Positions 63,401 to 64,000 of a DNA stretch of 64,000 nt are shown piece after piece (position 1 is the first letter of the stretch; each line of letters starts with the position of its first letter). Source of the DNA: Anthoceros angustus (taxonomy: Eukaryota; Plantae; Anthocerotophyta); NCBI GenBank assembly GCA_010909165.1, contig MU008169.1, positions 2,046,001-2,110,000 on the forward strand, given 5' to 3'. The notes under the pieces were generated by a model, which was not told the origin of the DNA, made no database searches, and saw only the letters and a list, made by a program, of their open reading frames with translations. Both the position numbers and the translations under genes were made by a program.

Positions 63401-64000
63401 ACTAGTAAGGTTGAAAGCGGTACGGACAAGGAGAAATGTAAGCCCCGAAGAGTTCGGTCAAGAAGCGTTGAGGAGGCATGACCATCCTTTAAGACCTTGC
63501 CCGATTCTCGCCCGCGGGGCCTAGAGCAGCAACTCTAAGTGTGGCTTGTCTCTGGCATGGAGGGGGCAGGTCAGACAGGGTGTGCCTGGCATCAGGGATT
63601 TCTCAGGATGTTGGGGTTTGAAAAGAACATTGATGTGAGTGTCGGTGCGCGGTGGCAAGTGTGCACAGGCAACTGGAACGAAAGTGTTTGCTCGCACAAG
63701 TATCGGCGCAATCCTCTCCAAACCCGGCACTCTGACTCTTTGAGTATAAGTCGCCAACGTCCTGCACTCCGCTCTTTGAGCATGAGTGCGCCATCGTCCG
63801 GCGTATCTTCTTTTGTATCCGCTGGCAAGTGTATGGGTCTAGTTCTCTTAATCCACTTTAATTGGCAAAATTTGACGTGTTTCTTCAAGCCAAAAAGGGG
63901 TTTTGAGACAAACCCCTTTCCGGAGAGACACAAAGCAAAGTGCTCATGTCACAAAGCAATACGGTAGAACGTACTCCAAAGCATGCACCAGTCACGAATA

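Larger units (their letters stand above)
39342..64000. repeat. Head-to-tail tandem array of a ~4.9-kb unit (full copies ~39355-44231, 44232-49140, 50772-55681, 56713-61620, plus partial or rearranged copies); runs off the window end
   Basis: The landmark GGATG[G/A]GGTGTTTGTTTT(T)GGTAGTTTGAAAACT occurs at 39355, 44232, 49141, 49643, 50772, 55682, 56196, 56713 and 61621. The ORF track repeats the same peptides in each unit. Confidence 0.97.

Noticed and set aside
39342-64000. rDNA (45S or 5S) as the identity of the 4.9-kb tandem unit
   Set aside because: No 18S, 5.8S, 26S or 5S conserved sequence is recognisable in the unit.
13385-64000. Functional male-reproduction cluster linking the EFHC pair with the 8CM array
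   Set aside because: They are separated by unrelated housekeeping genes, and the sequence gives no expression evidence. Proximity alone is not support.

Overview
Eukaryotic land-plant genomic DNA. It is most likely from a compact-genome, flagellated-sperm lineage such as the lycophyte Selaginella. This is an inference from very short introns and intergenic gaps, degenerate PLS-type PPR sequence, plant-specific PRAF/BRX and TIFY-CCT-GATA genes, and the ciliary gene EFHC1. Layout: (1) 1-13 kb holds decayed PPR fragments, one intronless 1283-aa BFR1/proton-pump-interactor-like ORF with an internal 1.3-kb duplication and a 27x9-aa repeat, and TE-like DNA rich in minisatellites. (2) 13-20 kb is an AT-rich island with a tail-to-tail pair of EFHC1/Rib72 paralogs, one with three DM10 domains and one with a single DM10. 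(3) 20-39 kb holds a Copia remnant and a dense GC-rich gene block: RNI-like LRR ORF, DUF836 glutaredoxin-like, DUF4787, DUF1995, PRAF/RLD and ZML/ZIM GATA factor. (4) 39.3-64 kb is a tandem array of a ~4.9-kb unit, with four full copies plus partial and rearranged ones. Aligning the copies by eye shows that each unit carries a signal-peptide, eight-cysteine-motif (nsLTP/prolamin-like) gene that no single ORF call reveals, and probably a second unrecognised + strand gene. The array copies differ mostly by small indels, so sequence quality there is suspect. Exon coordinates were derived by hand from GT/AG boundaries and frame continuity. No database searches were run, and family names come from recalled motifs.
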